Source of the DNA: a bacterium
GTDB lineage: Bacteria; UBA10199; 2-02-FULL-50-16; JAJFLM01
Reading direction: 5' to 3'
NCBI GenBank assembly: GCA_965216315.1
Contig: CBDCFN010000016.1
Location: 1,408,001-1,472,000, forward strand
DNA: 64,000 bases
The number at the start of each line of letters is the position of its first letter. Position 1 is the stretch's first letter. Positions 52,963 through 62,474 of this stretch are shown in pieces. Below the pieces are notes generated by a model. It was given only the letters and a program-made list of their open reading frames with translations, had not been told where the DNA came from and did not search any database. The translations under genes and the position numbers were made by a program.

Positions 52963-54516
52963 CTACTGCGCTTTCAACTTACGGCTCCTCGCAATCATCT
53001 TCATCAAGCCCTTAATGCGCTTCACGATCCCTTTTGCAAAAAAAGCATCGGCCATGGCCAGAAAAAAATTAATGCGCGCTTGATCGTAGGTATACCACCA
53101 CAGATCCTTCATAAAGGCCATTTTATTAATATGAACATGTTTCGGCTCAACCATCTCAAGAAAACCCGTCTTGCCATGAGTTCGACCGATGCCACTCCAC
53201 TTGGGCCCGCCCCATGGCGTCTGCGGCAAGGCATAGGTGTAGACGTTTTCGTTAATCGTAACCGTCCCGGCCTCCAATTGCCGCGCCAGCTTTTCCCCGC
53301 GACGGCGGCTCTTGGTCCATACCGAAGCCGTCAAGCCATAGGGCGTATCATTCGCCTTGGCAATGGCCTCCGCTTCGTCCTTGAACGTCATGATCGGCAA
53401 AACGGGCCCAAAGGTTTCTTCACTCACGACGTCCATCGAATCCGTGACATTTTTAAGCAAGGTCGGTGGGTAAAAATAGCCGGACTTATCCTGGAGTCGC
53501 TTACCGCCGGTTAATGCGACGGCACCCGCTTGTAGCGCCGCCTTCACTTGCGCTTCCACTTTATTGAGCTGCATCTCGTTATTGAGCACCGTGACATCGG
53601 CTTCCGGATTCGTTCCTATGCTCTGCTTGAGTTGCTGCGTCTTCGCAACCAGCTGCTGCTCAAACGGCTCCGCAATATCTTCATGAACGTACAAACGCTC
53701 TACGGAGGCACAGATCTGTCCATTATTCGAAAAAGCCCCCCACACCGCGGCACTCGAAGCCACATCCAAATTGGCGTCTTTGCAAACAATCATCGGATCC
53801 TTGCCACCTAACTCTAAGCAAATTGGCTTTAAGTGTTCCGCGGCAGCGGCCATAATTTTCTTACCCGTTCCTACGCTCCCGGTGAAAAATATTTTATCGA
53901 CCTCCGAGTTGATCAATGCCGCGCCGGTCATCCCGTCACCGGTTACAACTTCGATAACTCCCGCCGGAAAACCCGCCGCGCGCGCAAGCTCCCCTATCTT
54001 TTCACCGATCAACGGTGTGTACTCGGAAGGCTTCAACACAACCGTGTTGCCCGCCATCACCGTCATCATGACCTGACCCGCAGGGATCGAGAACGGATAA
54101 TTCCACGGCGCAATCACGCCGACAGTCCCGAGCGGCACATATTCGATGTAACTGGAACGACCCATCAAATCCCATTTGCCCAACCAGATACGCTGCCGTT
54201 TCAAGATCTTGGCCGCATTTTTGGCAAAGTACGTACAAAGGTCCATCACCGGCACGAGATCCGAACTGAAGGCTTCGGCAAGGGGCTTGCCGTTCTCCAG
54301 TGCAATGAGTTCTGCAAGCACTCTTAATTGGCAACGGATCTGTTCCCGAAACTCGAGGACCAACTGACCACGCTCGCGAAAGCTTAAGGCCTGCCACCCT
54401 TCGGCGGCCTTCTGCCCCCGCTCGACCGCCGCTTGCACGGCCGCCGCATCAGCGACGGGGAGTTCCGCAATTGTTTCCAGGGTCGCAGGGTTGATCGATT
54501 TAATGGTTCGAGTCAT
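52963..54516 (-). CDS. Aldehyde dehydrogenase family protein
   Basis: 'PWNYP', 'FTGS', 'LELGGK', 'GQICAS', 'ETFGP'. Confidence 0.95.
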   Translation of the reverse strand: MTRTIKSINPATLETIAELPVADAAAVQAAVERGQKAAEGWQALSFRERGQLVLEFREQIRCQLRVLAELIALENGKPLAEAFSSDLVPVMDLCTYFAKNAAKILKRQRIWLGKWDLMGRSSYIEYVPLGTVGVIAPWNYPFSIPAGQVMMTVMAGNTVVLKPSEYTPLIGEKIGELARAAGFPAGVIEVVTGDGMTGAALINSEVDKIFFTGSVGTGKKIMAAAAEHLKPICLELGGKDPMIVCKDANLDVASSAAVWGAFSNNGQICASVERLYVHEDIAEPFEQQLVAKTQQLKQSIGTNPEADVTVLNNEMQLNKVEAQVKAALQAGAVALTGGKRLQDKSGYFYPPTLLKNVTDSMDVVSEETFGPVLPIMTFKDEAEAIAKANDTPYGLTASVWTKSRRRGEKLARQLEAGTVTINENVYTYALPQTPWGGPKWSGIGRTHGKTGFLEMVEPKHVHINKMAFMKDLWWYTYDQARINFFLAMADAFFAKGIVKRIKGLMKMIARSRKLKAQ

Positions 54517-54517
54517 T

Positions 54518-55447
54518 TTACAATTTGATTTTATCTAATATCTTTTGGGCCGACTCATAGGGATTCGTTCCATTTCCCTGAATAAGTTTTGATTCGGAAA
54601 CTTTTTTACTGACTTCTTCTAAGATAATTTCATGCGTTTCTTGAGTCGCCAACTGCTTGCGGCGCTCATCACTCAAGCCCTGTTGACGAAGGAATCGCCT
54701 GTGTTCATCGATGGCTTCGATAAGTTTATCGACGCCGACATCATCGCGCGCCTGCACCAAAAGCACGGGGACCTTCCATGTGGAATTTGTTTCCGAATTC
54801 CCTCGGCTACTCTGACTGATATCGATCATCGCCATCAGTTCTTGGGCCATTTGATCCGCCCCGGCGCGATCCGCTTTATTCACGACGAAAATGTCCGCGA
54901 TTTCCAGTATGCCCGCCTTCATAGTTTGGATTGTATCGCCTGATTCGGGGGTCAAAACGACGATCGTCGTTTCCGCAATCCCCATGATATTCAGTTCGGT
55001 CTGGCCCACTCCAACAGTCTCAACAATCGCCTCATCAAAACCGAAGGCATCGATCAATTTGACCATCTCACGGGTCGCGCGCGACACGCCACCCAGACTA
55101 CCCCGTGTTCCGAGGCTGCGAATAAATACCTGGTCGTCGCCGGCATGCTCCTGCATCCGGATACGGTCCCCCATCACGGCCCCACCGCTGAACGGACTGG
55201 AGGGATCAATCGCGACGACCCCGACGCTCTTACGGGCGGCCCGCAAATGGGCAATCAGTCGGTCGACCAGTGTACTCTTGCCGGCGCCCGGAGGTCCGGT
55301 CACGCCAATGGTATGGACGTGTCCACAACGCTCTTGGATCTCCTGCATAATGGAAAACACACCCTCGGCGCGGTTTTCTACGAGGGTCATCAGTCGCGAG
55401 AGTGCCAGGGGGTCTTTTTGAAGTAACTTTTCAACGAGTGGATGCAT
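54518..55447 (-). CDS. meaB: Methylmalonyl-CoA mutase-associated GTPase MeaB/ArgK
   Basis: 'GPPGAGKST', 'DPSSPFSGGA..GDRIRM', 'ETVGVGQ', 'NKAD'. Confidence 0.95.
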   Translation of the reverse strand: MHPLVEKLLQKDPLALSRLMTLVENRAEGVFSIMQEIQERCGHVHTIGVTGPPGAGKSTLVDRLIAHLRAARKSVGVVAIDPSSPFSGGAVMGDRIRMQEHAGDDQVFIRSLGTRGSLGGVSRATREMVKLIDAFGFDEAIVETVGVGQTELNIMGIAETTIVVLTPESGDTIQTMKAGILEIADIFVVNKADRAGADQMAQELMAMIDISQSSRGNSETNSTWKVPVLLVQARDDVGVDKLIEAIDEHRRFLRQQGLSDERRKQLATQETHEIILEEVSKKVSESKLIQGNGTNPYESAQKILDKIKL

Positions 55448-55510
55448 GGGTTTATTGAAACTATCGGAGTAAGTAGTTGAAATCAATTGAAATACCGTGA
55501 GAACCTGCAA

Positions 55511-55584
55511 CGGGTGGCGCGAGTAATCCTTGGGAACGTCTCTTCAGACGCAGCCCAAGGATTGCGACGGCGACAGGACCCGCC
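55511..55584 (-). repeat. 74-bp palindromic intergenic repeat, copy 2 (inverted relative to copy 1)
   Basis: Reverse complement matches 52647-52720 with 8 mismatches. Confidence 0.85.
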
Positions 55585-55728
55585 AACTTCTACTATAAAC
55601 TGTGGTTTTAGGCCCCCATCTGGGGTGTAAAACCCCCTATTTCCGGATCAGCTGAGCAACGTGATCAGCGCGACTGTCGATTATATAAATAATTACATGG
55701 ACTTATAATGTCCTCCCATGTCGGCGCG

Positions 55729-55745
55729 TTGGCACGGGACTTGCT
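55729..55745 (+). promoter_or_regulatory. Sigma54 (-24/-12) promoter
   Basis: TTGGCACGGGACTTGCT, a near-perfect TGGCAC-N5-TTGC; IHF-like box at 55689-55705. Confidence 0.85.
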
Positions 55746-55789
55746 ATATACTACGGTGAAGGATCAGTTCCTTCAGGAGAAAGAATAAT

Positions 55790-56824
55790 ATGTCAGATCC
55801 AGTAGGACAATACGAAGGCGTCAGCGAAATGATCGCCGAGATGATGGAGCAGATGCAGGAGTCTACGAATCAGCAGATTCGTCAGTCCAAGCGTACCATG
55901 ATCACGGAGATGGTCACGGCCCGCCAGCGGCGTGCCACGCAGTCCGTTTTCAATCAACTGGCTGACAACCTGATGGACATTCAATCGGCCCGTAATCTCC
56001 GCAAAGAACTCAAGATGGGGGCGCTTGAAACCGCTTCCGTCCCGGAGTGGAAATCCGCTGAAGAGGTCCGCGCCGAGGCGCCCGAAGTGAGCAAAGGCGG
56101 CGGCGATCCGCTCATCGCCAAATACCAAGGTCTCGCCGACAACTTAGGCGCGATTGTCGCTCACCTTGAAGGCGGTGGTAGCGTTGATGATAAAATGAGC
56201 GAGGCCGGACTCGAAGGCTTTGGGACCATGACGATTCGTCAGTTTCTCGAGGCCCAGAATATCAATCCCAACGACCTCAACGAAATCAAAGAAGCTCAGC
56301 AGGATGCCCAAGCCGTTGCCGATAAAATTGATGAATGGATGTCCAGTGCCACGGATCAATCAGTCGAGGAATTCATGGATGCCCTGTGGGACCGTGCCGA
56401 TAACCTCGATCCGGATACAGTCCAGGAGATCATGGATGCCGTTGAGCACTATAGTGAGATGAAGCGGATCCAAGGTGTCATTGATGAGGCCATTGCCGAT
56501 GGCGCGACCAGCGGGTTTGAAATCATCCTCTATATGACCGATACGTCAAAGGTTGCCGGCGGGGAAGAAATGCTTGAATATCTCGCCGCGCATGGCATTT
56601 TCCTTGAAGGCTCGGCCGATGAGGTCAAAAATGCCATCCAGGCCGAAGTCGACTCCGCCAAGGCCCACATGGATGCCGTAATCGAAGCGAACATGGATGA
56701 CAGCTATGTCGGCGAATCCAGCGTGAGCACGCAAAGTGCGATGCAGACCGCTAGCGACGAACTCAGCGCTCCGGACAGCTCAGAAGAGGACGAAGAGCTG
56801 GATGAGATCTTAAACGACCTCTAG
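55790..56824 (+). CDS. Acidic alpha-helical orphan protein (candidate secreted/structural protein)
   Basis: AGGAG RBS; Asp/Glu/Met-rich; no signal peptide; sigma54 promoter upstream. Confidence 0.75.
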   Translation: MSDPVGQYEGVSEMIAEMMEQMQESTNQQIRQSKRTMITEMVTARQRRATQSVFNQLADNLMDIQSARNLRKELKMGALETASVPEWKSAEEVRAEAPEVSKGGGDPLIAKYQGLADNLGAIVAHLEGGGSVDDKMSEAGLEGFGTMTIRQFLEAQNINPNDLNEIKEAQQDAQAVADKIDEWMSSATDQSVEEFMDALWDRADNLDPDTVQEIMDAVEHYSEMKRIQGVIDEAIADGATSGFEIILYMTDTSKVAGGEEMLEYLAAHGIFLEGSADEVKNAIQAEVDSAKAHMDAVIEANMDDSYVGESSVSTQSAMQTASDELSAPDSSEEDEELDEILNDL

Positions 56825-56901
56825 TCTCTCCCGGCGCCCCAATTACTTGAAAATATTGAAAATTTGGCCTGTCTGCATTAGTATGGCAGCTGCGGAGTGC
56901 T

Positions 56902-57600
56902 ATGGCCGATTTAAAGCGCGCAAAAGAGATCATGGATTGGCTTTGGAAGCAGATGCACCGAGGCAATCTCAAAATGCCCGCCGATCAACTCATCTTTGAG
57001 GGCGAGCACGACCTCGTCTATCTGTACAACACCGGCTTTGTCGATACGGATAAGTTCTCGCTAGATAAGTGGATCCAGGCCTTCCGCGAAAGCCGGCAAC
57101 GGGACGGCAGTTACAGCCTGACCCATGAACAATGGCTGGATAAAGTCACCTATCGCTACAATGAAAAAGTGGAAGCCCCCTTTGATATAATGGCCATCAG
57201 GGAAGGAGAATGGACTGAATCGGAGTGGAAAGACTTTGTCAAAGAAAAGATCATGCCAGAGACAATTTTTACCTATGATCAGTTCTTAAAAGGCTTTGAA
57301 GAAGGCAAGAAGGCCGGCAAGCTTAAAAATGGCATGGTCATTGTAACGCAGGAACTCAAACAAACTTGGCTGCAGGCAATTAACAAAAACCCTTCACCTC
57401 AACGTCACCGCGCTCTCGCAGTCCACCGTATTCGTCAGCATGAAAACTTTGAATCTCCGTCTGGGATGCAAAAATCAAAAGGGGCTGCGAAACGACCTGT
57501 AGTTACTGAACAGGAAAAGACTAAATATGATAAAAGTCCTGACCGACAGAAACAAATGACAGGTAAACTCAGTGATCTGCTTTCGGGATCTAAAAAGTAG
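56902..57600 (+). CDS. Hypothetical protein, paralogue family member 1
   Basis: Full-length similarity to 63065-63601; GGAG RBS. Confidence 0.8.
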   Translation: MADLKRAKEIMDWLWKQMHRGNLKMPADQLIFEGEHDLVYLYNTGFVDTDKFSLDKWIQAFRESRQRDGSYSLTHEQWLDKVTYRYNEKVEAPFDIMAIREGEWTESEWKDFVKEKIMPETIFTYDQFLKGFEEGKKAGKLKNGMVIVTQELKQTWLQAINKNPSPQRHRALAVHRIRQHENFESPSGMQKSKGAAKRPVVTEQEKTKYDKSPDRQKQMTGKLSDLLSGSKK

Positions 57601-57609
57601 TATTGACCC

Positions 57610-58974
57610 ATGTTTAAGGTCGCACTCATTACCGCTAAAAAAAGAAGCCCCGAGTATCTTTTTCAAACTTCTGGCATTGATCTTGGTACCATGTCGCTCG
57701 AGGCCTATATATCAGCACAAACCGATGATGTTGATGTCTTGGTCACTGAAGAAATAGAAGATATCATTAAATACAGCCCCGACCTGCTAGGCATTTCAAC
57801 AACTTCAGAAAACTACTTTCTTGCAACAAAGATCGCGAAAGAAGTCCGAACTAAAATTGATTGCCGGGTTGTCGTTGGGGGTGCCCACATAACTGGATGT
57901 CCCGAATCGCTCACGCACGATTTCGAACTCGGAGTCCGCGGCGAAGGCGAAGAAACTTTTTTAGAAGTCATCGAAACTTTTAAACGCGGCGAAAATAATC
58001 CCAACAATTACAAAGATATTCAAGGCATCGCATATCACGGAGAAAATGGCCCGATACTAACACCACTACGACCGCCCATAAAAGACCTGGGAGCTCTCCC
58101 CGTTCCGAACCGGAGAAAATGGGTCGAGAAGATAGGCCTCCCCTTTTTGATGACAGTAAGAGGCTGTCCGTTTCACTGTTGGTTCTGCGCGGCTCGTGAA
58201 ACCTATACGGGACTCCGCTACTTTCCAGTTGATCACGCTATCGCCGAAATAAAAGATATCATCGACAATTTTCATCCCCAATGCATCCGTATTTTTGATG
58301 ATGTTTTCAATCTCAGCAAGGATCGCGTCAAAGAATTTACTTCGCGCATGATCTCAGAGGGGCTTACAAAAGACGTCTCCTATATCTGCTGGGTACGAGC
58401 AGAGCTACTCGACCAAGAATACGTAGACTTATTGAGCAAAGCCAATTTTGTTCATGTTTCATTTGGGGTGGAGTCAGCAGACGAGGCGCTGATGAAAAAA
58501 ATGAAAGGTGGGCGTATTGACTTGCAATCGGTTCAATCAGCTATCGATATGCTGCATGCTGCGGGAATCAATATCGCTTGCACCTTTATCATTGGGACAC
58601 CTGGTGAAACGACGAAGGAACTCGATGAAACCTACGAATTCATTGAGAAAAATTTTGACAAACTGTTGGATGTCGAAATTAACCCTTTGATTCCCATGCC
58701 TGCCACGCCATTGTGGACTCATGCAGAAAAACGCGGACTCGTCAGCAAGGACATGAATTGGGATATATTATCCGACACCGGAGTCCTGCTCGCCTTTAAT
58801 AGTGATGACTATATATACTTGAATGATGCGATGCCTAAAGAAGTTTTCCTCTCTTATGTCGAAAAATTTAAGGCGCTCTATAAAAGAATCATAGAAAAAC
58901 CGCAAATAGCTGAATTTGCCGAAAAAACTTTTCCAATGTCCGTATTTCCTGCAAGGCTTAAGCGCCTGAGTTAA
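57610..58974 (+). CDS. B12-binding radical SAM protein (class B methyltransferase-like)
   Basis: N-terminal cobalamin-binding region ('VVVGGAH', 'GEGE'); 'RGCPFHCWFC'; 'GVES'; 'FIIGTPGET'. Confidence 0.92.
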   Translation: MFKVALITAKKRSPEYLFQTSGIDLGTMSLEAYISAQTDDVDVLVTEEIEDIIKYSPDLLGISTTSENYFLATKIAKEVRTKIDCRVVVGGAHITGCPESLTHDFELGVRGEGEETFLEVIETFKRGENNPNNYKDIQGIAYHGENGPILTPLRPPIKDLGALPVPNRRKWVEKIGLPFLMTVRGCPFHCWFCAARETYTGLRYFPVDHAIAEIKDIIDNFHPQCIRIFDDVFNLSKDRVKEFTSRMISEGLTKDVSYICWVRAELLDQEYVDLLSKANFVHVSFGVESADEALMKKMKGGRIDLQSVQSAIDMLHAAGINIACTFIIGTPGETTKELDETYEFIEKNFDKLLDVEINPLIPMPATPLWTHAEKRGLVSKDMNWDILSDTGVLLAFNSDDYIYLNDAMPKEVFLSYVEKFKALYKRIIEKPQIAEFAEKTFPMSVFPARLKRLS

Positions 58975-59995
58975 GGTGATACTTATCAAAAATCTTGGCG
59001 GGGTCGCCACCCAAGATCCGGATTAATGCTCTTAAGTCATCGAGGGTATACTCAACCACATCCGGCATTCCTGCGTAGGCATCAATCACCTCAAAGGGAG
59101 TTTTATCACATTCCTCGGCCAAGATATCGATAAGCTGTAGTGGATAAAGGTCGCGGCGATAGGAAGCGAGATAGTAAGTATACCAATGAGGACGCGTCTG
59201 ATTCGCAAAAATGGGACGCACAAATTCGCCAGCCTCGATCAGCTTATTCAGATTAATCGAACATTTTAATTTAAGCTGTTGCATGACAATCACTAAGGCC
59301 TCTAAAAAAACATTACCTGCATCCTTACCCATTCCTAAGAGACTTGCATCGACAATCGTACAGCCAGCATCCATGGCTTCAAGTGTATTGGCCAGGGCGA
59401 GCTGCAAGGTATTATGCGCATGAAACCCCAGAGGCTGCTGGCTCACTTTCCGGATCGCTTCGACATAGCGTGTCACTTCACCCGGTAACATACATCCGGT
59501 CGTATCGACGAGATAGACATAATCTACCCCCCAATCCGAAAGCTTTTTGACCGACTCAGCAATTTGTTCAGGTTTCACGGCATAGGATCGCGTCAGTTGA
59601 GCACACACTTCGAGTTTTTCTTGTTGGCAATGCTCGATGAATGGCTTCAAGGGCTCCGGTTGGATAGGAGAAGAAATGAGCCGCACAAAATCATAATACT
59701 CAGCGACCGCACTGATTTCATCTTGGGACGCACAGCGCGGATCCGCGAGGGCTCCAAGCTTGGCCTTTTTCTGTCCGCGTGCCGCCGCCTGGGCATAAGC
59801 GAGATCATCCGCTCCATGAGGATAGCCTTGCTTTTGGGCTCCAACTCCAGCACCGTGACTGGCCTCAATATAGGCCACGCCGGCCGCATCAAGCCGCGCG
59901 ACAATTCCCTCAATCTGCTCTGGAGTATAGGCGAAATCGAGCAGGAAACTCCCGTCACGTATCGTGACATCCATAATTTGAGCGGTACTTGGCAT
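58958..59995 (-). CDS. DmpG-like (4-hydroxy-2-oxovalerate aldolase family) DRE-TIM metallolyase
   Basis: 'DVTIRDG', 'EASHGAG', 'VDTTG', 'HAHN', 'GMGKDAGN'. Confidence 0.85.
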   Translation of the reverse strand: MPSTAQIMDVTIRDGSFLLDFAYTPEQIEGIVARLDAAGVAYIEASHGAGVGAQKQGYPHGADDLAYAQAAARGQKKAKLGALADPRCASQDEISAVAEYYDFVRLISSPIQPEPLKPFIEHCQQEKLEVCAQLTRSYAVKPEQIAESVKKLSDWGVDYVYLVDTTGCMLPGEVTRYVEAIRKVSQQPLGFHAHNTLQLALANTLEAMDAGCTIVDASLLGMGKDAGNVFLEALVIVMQQLKLKCSINLNKLIEAGEFVRPIFANQTRPHWYTYYLASYRRDLYPLQLIDILAEECDKTPFEVIDAYAGMPDVVEYTLDDLRALIRILGGDPAKIFDKYHLNSGA

Positions 59996-60058
59996 AATCC
60001 CTTGAAATTGTTAGAATAATATATCAGCAACTGAGGCGGAAAACAATAAAAAATATAG

Positions 60059-60110
60059 CAATTTCAGATAGTTACACTACGCAACTCGAACACGCCTCAG
60101 GGTCGATAAT
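60059..60110 (+). promoter_or_regulatory. IHF-like box + sigma28-like promoter
   Basis: ATTTCAGATAGTTA-N7-CAAC-N16-GTCGATAAT. Confidence 0.45.
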
Positions 60111-60132
60111 TAAGGCGTAGGAAATTATTACA

Positions 60133-60525
60133 ATGGATTTATACCTTTTTGATAATGATCCCAAGATAGTCCGCCTGAAACCAGGAAAGTTTTTTGGCGT
60201 CGCAGCGGCTGTCGGTGTGGCAGGAGCCGTCGCGGCAGTTGCCGGAGCGGCCATTACCGCTGGAACGACTGCGAGTGAAGGGGCCAAAAACCGGGCTGCT
60301 AGCCAACAGGCGATGTCGATGCAACAGGCCAACGAGAGCGCCCATGCCCAGGACGAAATGGCCGCTCATATGATGCAAGTCTTTCAGGATGACGGCATCG
60401 CGGCAGCGGCCGGTGGAATGGCGCAGAACAACGCGATTGGCCTGATGGGCGTCGGTGGCATGATGGGCCAAGGCGGCGAAGGTGGTCAGGGGGGCCAAGG
60501 CGGCCCGATGGGAATGCCCGTATAA
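60133..60525 (+). CDS. Small Gly/Ala/Met-rich protein A (hydrophobic segment + Gln-rich helix)
   Basis: AGGA RBS; paralogous core with 60546-60974. Confidence 0.75.
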   Translation: MDLYLFDNDPKIVRLKPGKFFGVAAAVGVAGAVAAVAGAAITAGTTASEGAKNRAASQQAMSMQQANESAHAQDEMAAHMMQVFQDDGIAAAAGGMAQNNAIGLMGVGGMMGQGGEGGQGGQGGPMGMPV

Positions 60526-60545
60526 ACTTTTTTTGAGGAGACCAA

Positions 60546-60974
60546 ATGGCAGGCGATACAACCGTACAGAATCAGACTCCGGTAGCACCGCCACCCGCGG
60601 ACACCCTTTCCGGCGGCGGAGCCGGTGCAACCGGATCCGAAGGCGCGCAGGCCGCCGGTGGCATCGCTGGGGCTGTAGCCGCACTTGGCGGATCCATTGC
60701 CGGCGGAGTCATCACTGCCAACAATGGCGCCAACCAACGCGCCGCCCTCATTGAAGGGACCCGCGCACAAATTCATGCGCAACAGACCGAGCGATCAATG
60801 GCCATGGCCGTCATGTCACAGCAACTCGGTGAACTTGAAAGTAGACAAATGATTGCCGCGTCATTGGGAGTCGGCGGAGCGGGCCAAGGCACGACCACCG
60901 ATACGACGCAAACGGATCCCAATCTCAGTCCAGATCGTCCAACCGGGACGCCTCAAAATCGCAACTTCGCCTAA
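60546..60974 (+). CDS. Small Gly/Ala/Gln-rich protein B
   Basis: GAGGAG RBS; 15/29 ungapped identity to the core of protein A. Confidence 0.8.
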   Translation: MAGDTTVQNQTPVAPPPADTLSGGGAGATGSEGAQAAGGIAGAVAALGGSIAGGVITANNGANQRAALIEGTRAQIHAQQTERSMAMAVMSQQLGELESRQMIAASLGVGGAGQGTTTDTTQTDPNLSPDRPTGTPQNRNFA

Positions 60975-61654
60975 TCTAACCGTTCTTGCGGAACCAAAAC
61001 TTCATGAGCCCGCAACCACTTGGTCGCGGTCCACTTCTCACCGATTTCTACCGGGCAAGACGCATGCAGCGAATTCTCATCGATCTGCTCACCGACCGAA
61101 CAATTCTTGAAGTAAAGCGCGGCCCCTTGCTTCGGCCGCACCCCCAGCTTCAGCTTGGGGAAGGTTGTTTCGCCGCCCCGCTCCACATCCGATAAATAAA
61201 GGAGCACGGTGCCGACCCGCTGGCCGCCTCCCGCCAGCAACGAATGACTGCCCGCATATTGGGGATCAAAATAGTCATGATGCGCCTTATATTCTTTGCC
61301 GATTTGGTAGTGCAGCACGTGAAACGGTTCGCCTTTGTTGACCGGATGCTGCACCCACGCCGCAATGCGCGCCTCCAGACAACTCACGCGCATGTTTTGT
61401 TGCCGCTTCAAGAAGACTCCCTGACTCGTCCGCATGCCGACAAATTGTTCATCCGGCAAGCCAGCAATATTGGTTAATCCGGACGGCTTTAAATCAGGCT
61501 GTGCCAGTTCGATTAAATACGCGCATTCCTCCGGACTGAGAAACTCCGGCCAGATTTCAATATAGGGGCTCACGCTCAGGACTTCTCGTCGCTGCGGTGT
61601 CACATAGCGCCACCGTTTCCAAAAACGGAAATCGATACTAGGAAATAGTCGCAT
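60971..61654 (-). CDS. Fe(II)/2-oxoglutarate dioxygenase, prolyl 4-hydroxylase-like
   Basis: 'FLSPEEC', 'RTS', 'HHD' (HxD), 'GGQR..TVLLYL..VE.GGET.FP', 'LH...PV..GEKW'. Confidence 0.92.
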   Translation of the reverse strand: MRLFPSIDFRFWKRWRYVTPQRREVLSVSPYIEIWPEFLSPEECAYLIELAQPDLKPSGLTNIAGLPDEQFVGMRTSQGVFLKRQQNMRVSCLEARIAAWVQHPVNKGEPFHVLHYQIGKEYKAHHDYFDPQYAGSHSLLAGGGQRVGTVLLYLSDVERGGETTFPKLKLGVRPKQGAALYFKNCSVGEQIDENSLHASCPVEIGEKWTATKWLRAHEVLVPQERLD

Positions 61655-61760
61655 CCCTTAACCATCTCATCGCGCTAGGCTAATAAGCGATATTGCCATA
61701 AACTATTGAAATTGTTAAGGTAATCAAGAGCGCTCACGCAAAAAAACGTGAAATACTCAA

Positions 61761-61811
61761 TGATTACATGACGTTACAGCTAACAACCCGAGCGGCGCAT
61801 CCGCCGATAAT
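61761..61811 (+). promoter_or_regulatory. IHF-like box + sigma28-like promoter
   Basis: GATTACATGACGTTA-N7-CAAC-N15-GCCGATAAT; -10 matches the FliA consensus GCCGATAA exactly. Confidence 0.5.
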
Positions 61812-61817
61812 AAGGGG

Positions 61818-62474
61818 ATGACGATGCAAGCGCAGCAGCGGCGGGTCCCGCCGCATATTCAGCATCCTGACGGCCATACGGTCTATCTAATCGATGACGC
61901 CGAGATGGATGAATTGCTCCCTCCGCCCACGGAGCTTCCAATCCCTTGTAGTGGCTTTATGGACCATGAGGGCCACATCCACTACGAGCTCTGCCATTTT
62001 AGCTGGTACCCGCCGCGAGGCTTCTGGAACAAGCTCAAGATCAGCTTTAACATGAAAGACTATTACCTCTCCACCCCGCGCCATCTCTGCGAAGGAGGCC
62101 TCCATCGAGACCCCAATGAGCTTGTCGGCGCCGGCGTTGCGACCTATTACCCCCAGGATCACCATGCCGAACTCGTCCACCTCGGGCTCCGCCCCCGGAG
62201 CGAGATACCCGAATTTGACGTAAGTCTTCGAAAAGACGCGATTTTTCGCTTTCAGCGCAGCTACAATCGCTTCATTCAGTGGTTGGGCGGGACCCGCCTG
62301 ACGACCTATACCGCCATTATTCCGGATGACAAGATGCAGGCCCTCGGCTGGAAACCGTTTAAGTTCTCCAGCATGAGAGAGCGCTTAAAATATTTTTGGT
62401 ACTGTTTACCCCCGAGCTTATTTGGTAAGCTACGTGCATACGAAATAAATTTGCCCGTAGACGAAACTGGATGA
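61818..62474 (+). CDS. Hypothetical protein, possible GNAT-like fold
   Basis: AAGGGG RBS; 'AELVHLGLRP...LTTYT...MQALGWKP' loosely resembles GNAT motifs A/B. Confidence 0.6.
   Translation: MTMQAQQRRVPPHIQHPDGHTVYLIDDAEMDELLPPPTELPIPCSGFMDHEGHIHYELCHFSWYPPRGFWNKLKISFNMKDYYLSTPRHLCEGGLHRDPNELVGAGVATYYPQDHHAELVHLGLRPRSEIPEFDVSLRKDAIFRFQRSYNRFIQWLGGTRLTTYTAIIPDDKMQALGWKPFKFSSMRERLKYFWYCLPPSLFGKLRAYEINLPVDETG

Noticed and set aside
60133..60525. Classical proteusin (NHLP/Nif11) or double-glycine bacteriocin precursor
   Set aside because: No nitrile-hydratase-like or Nif11 leader and no GG cleavage motif before the hydrophobic core; only compositional similarity
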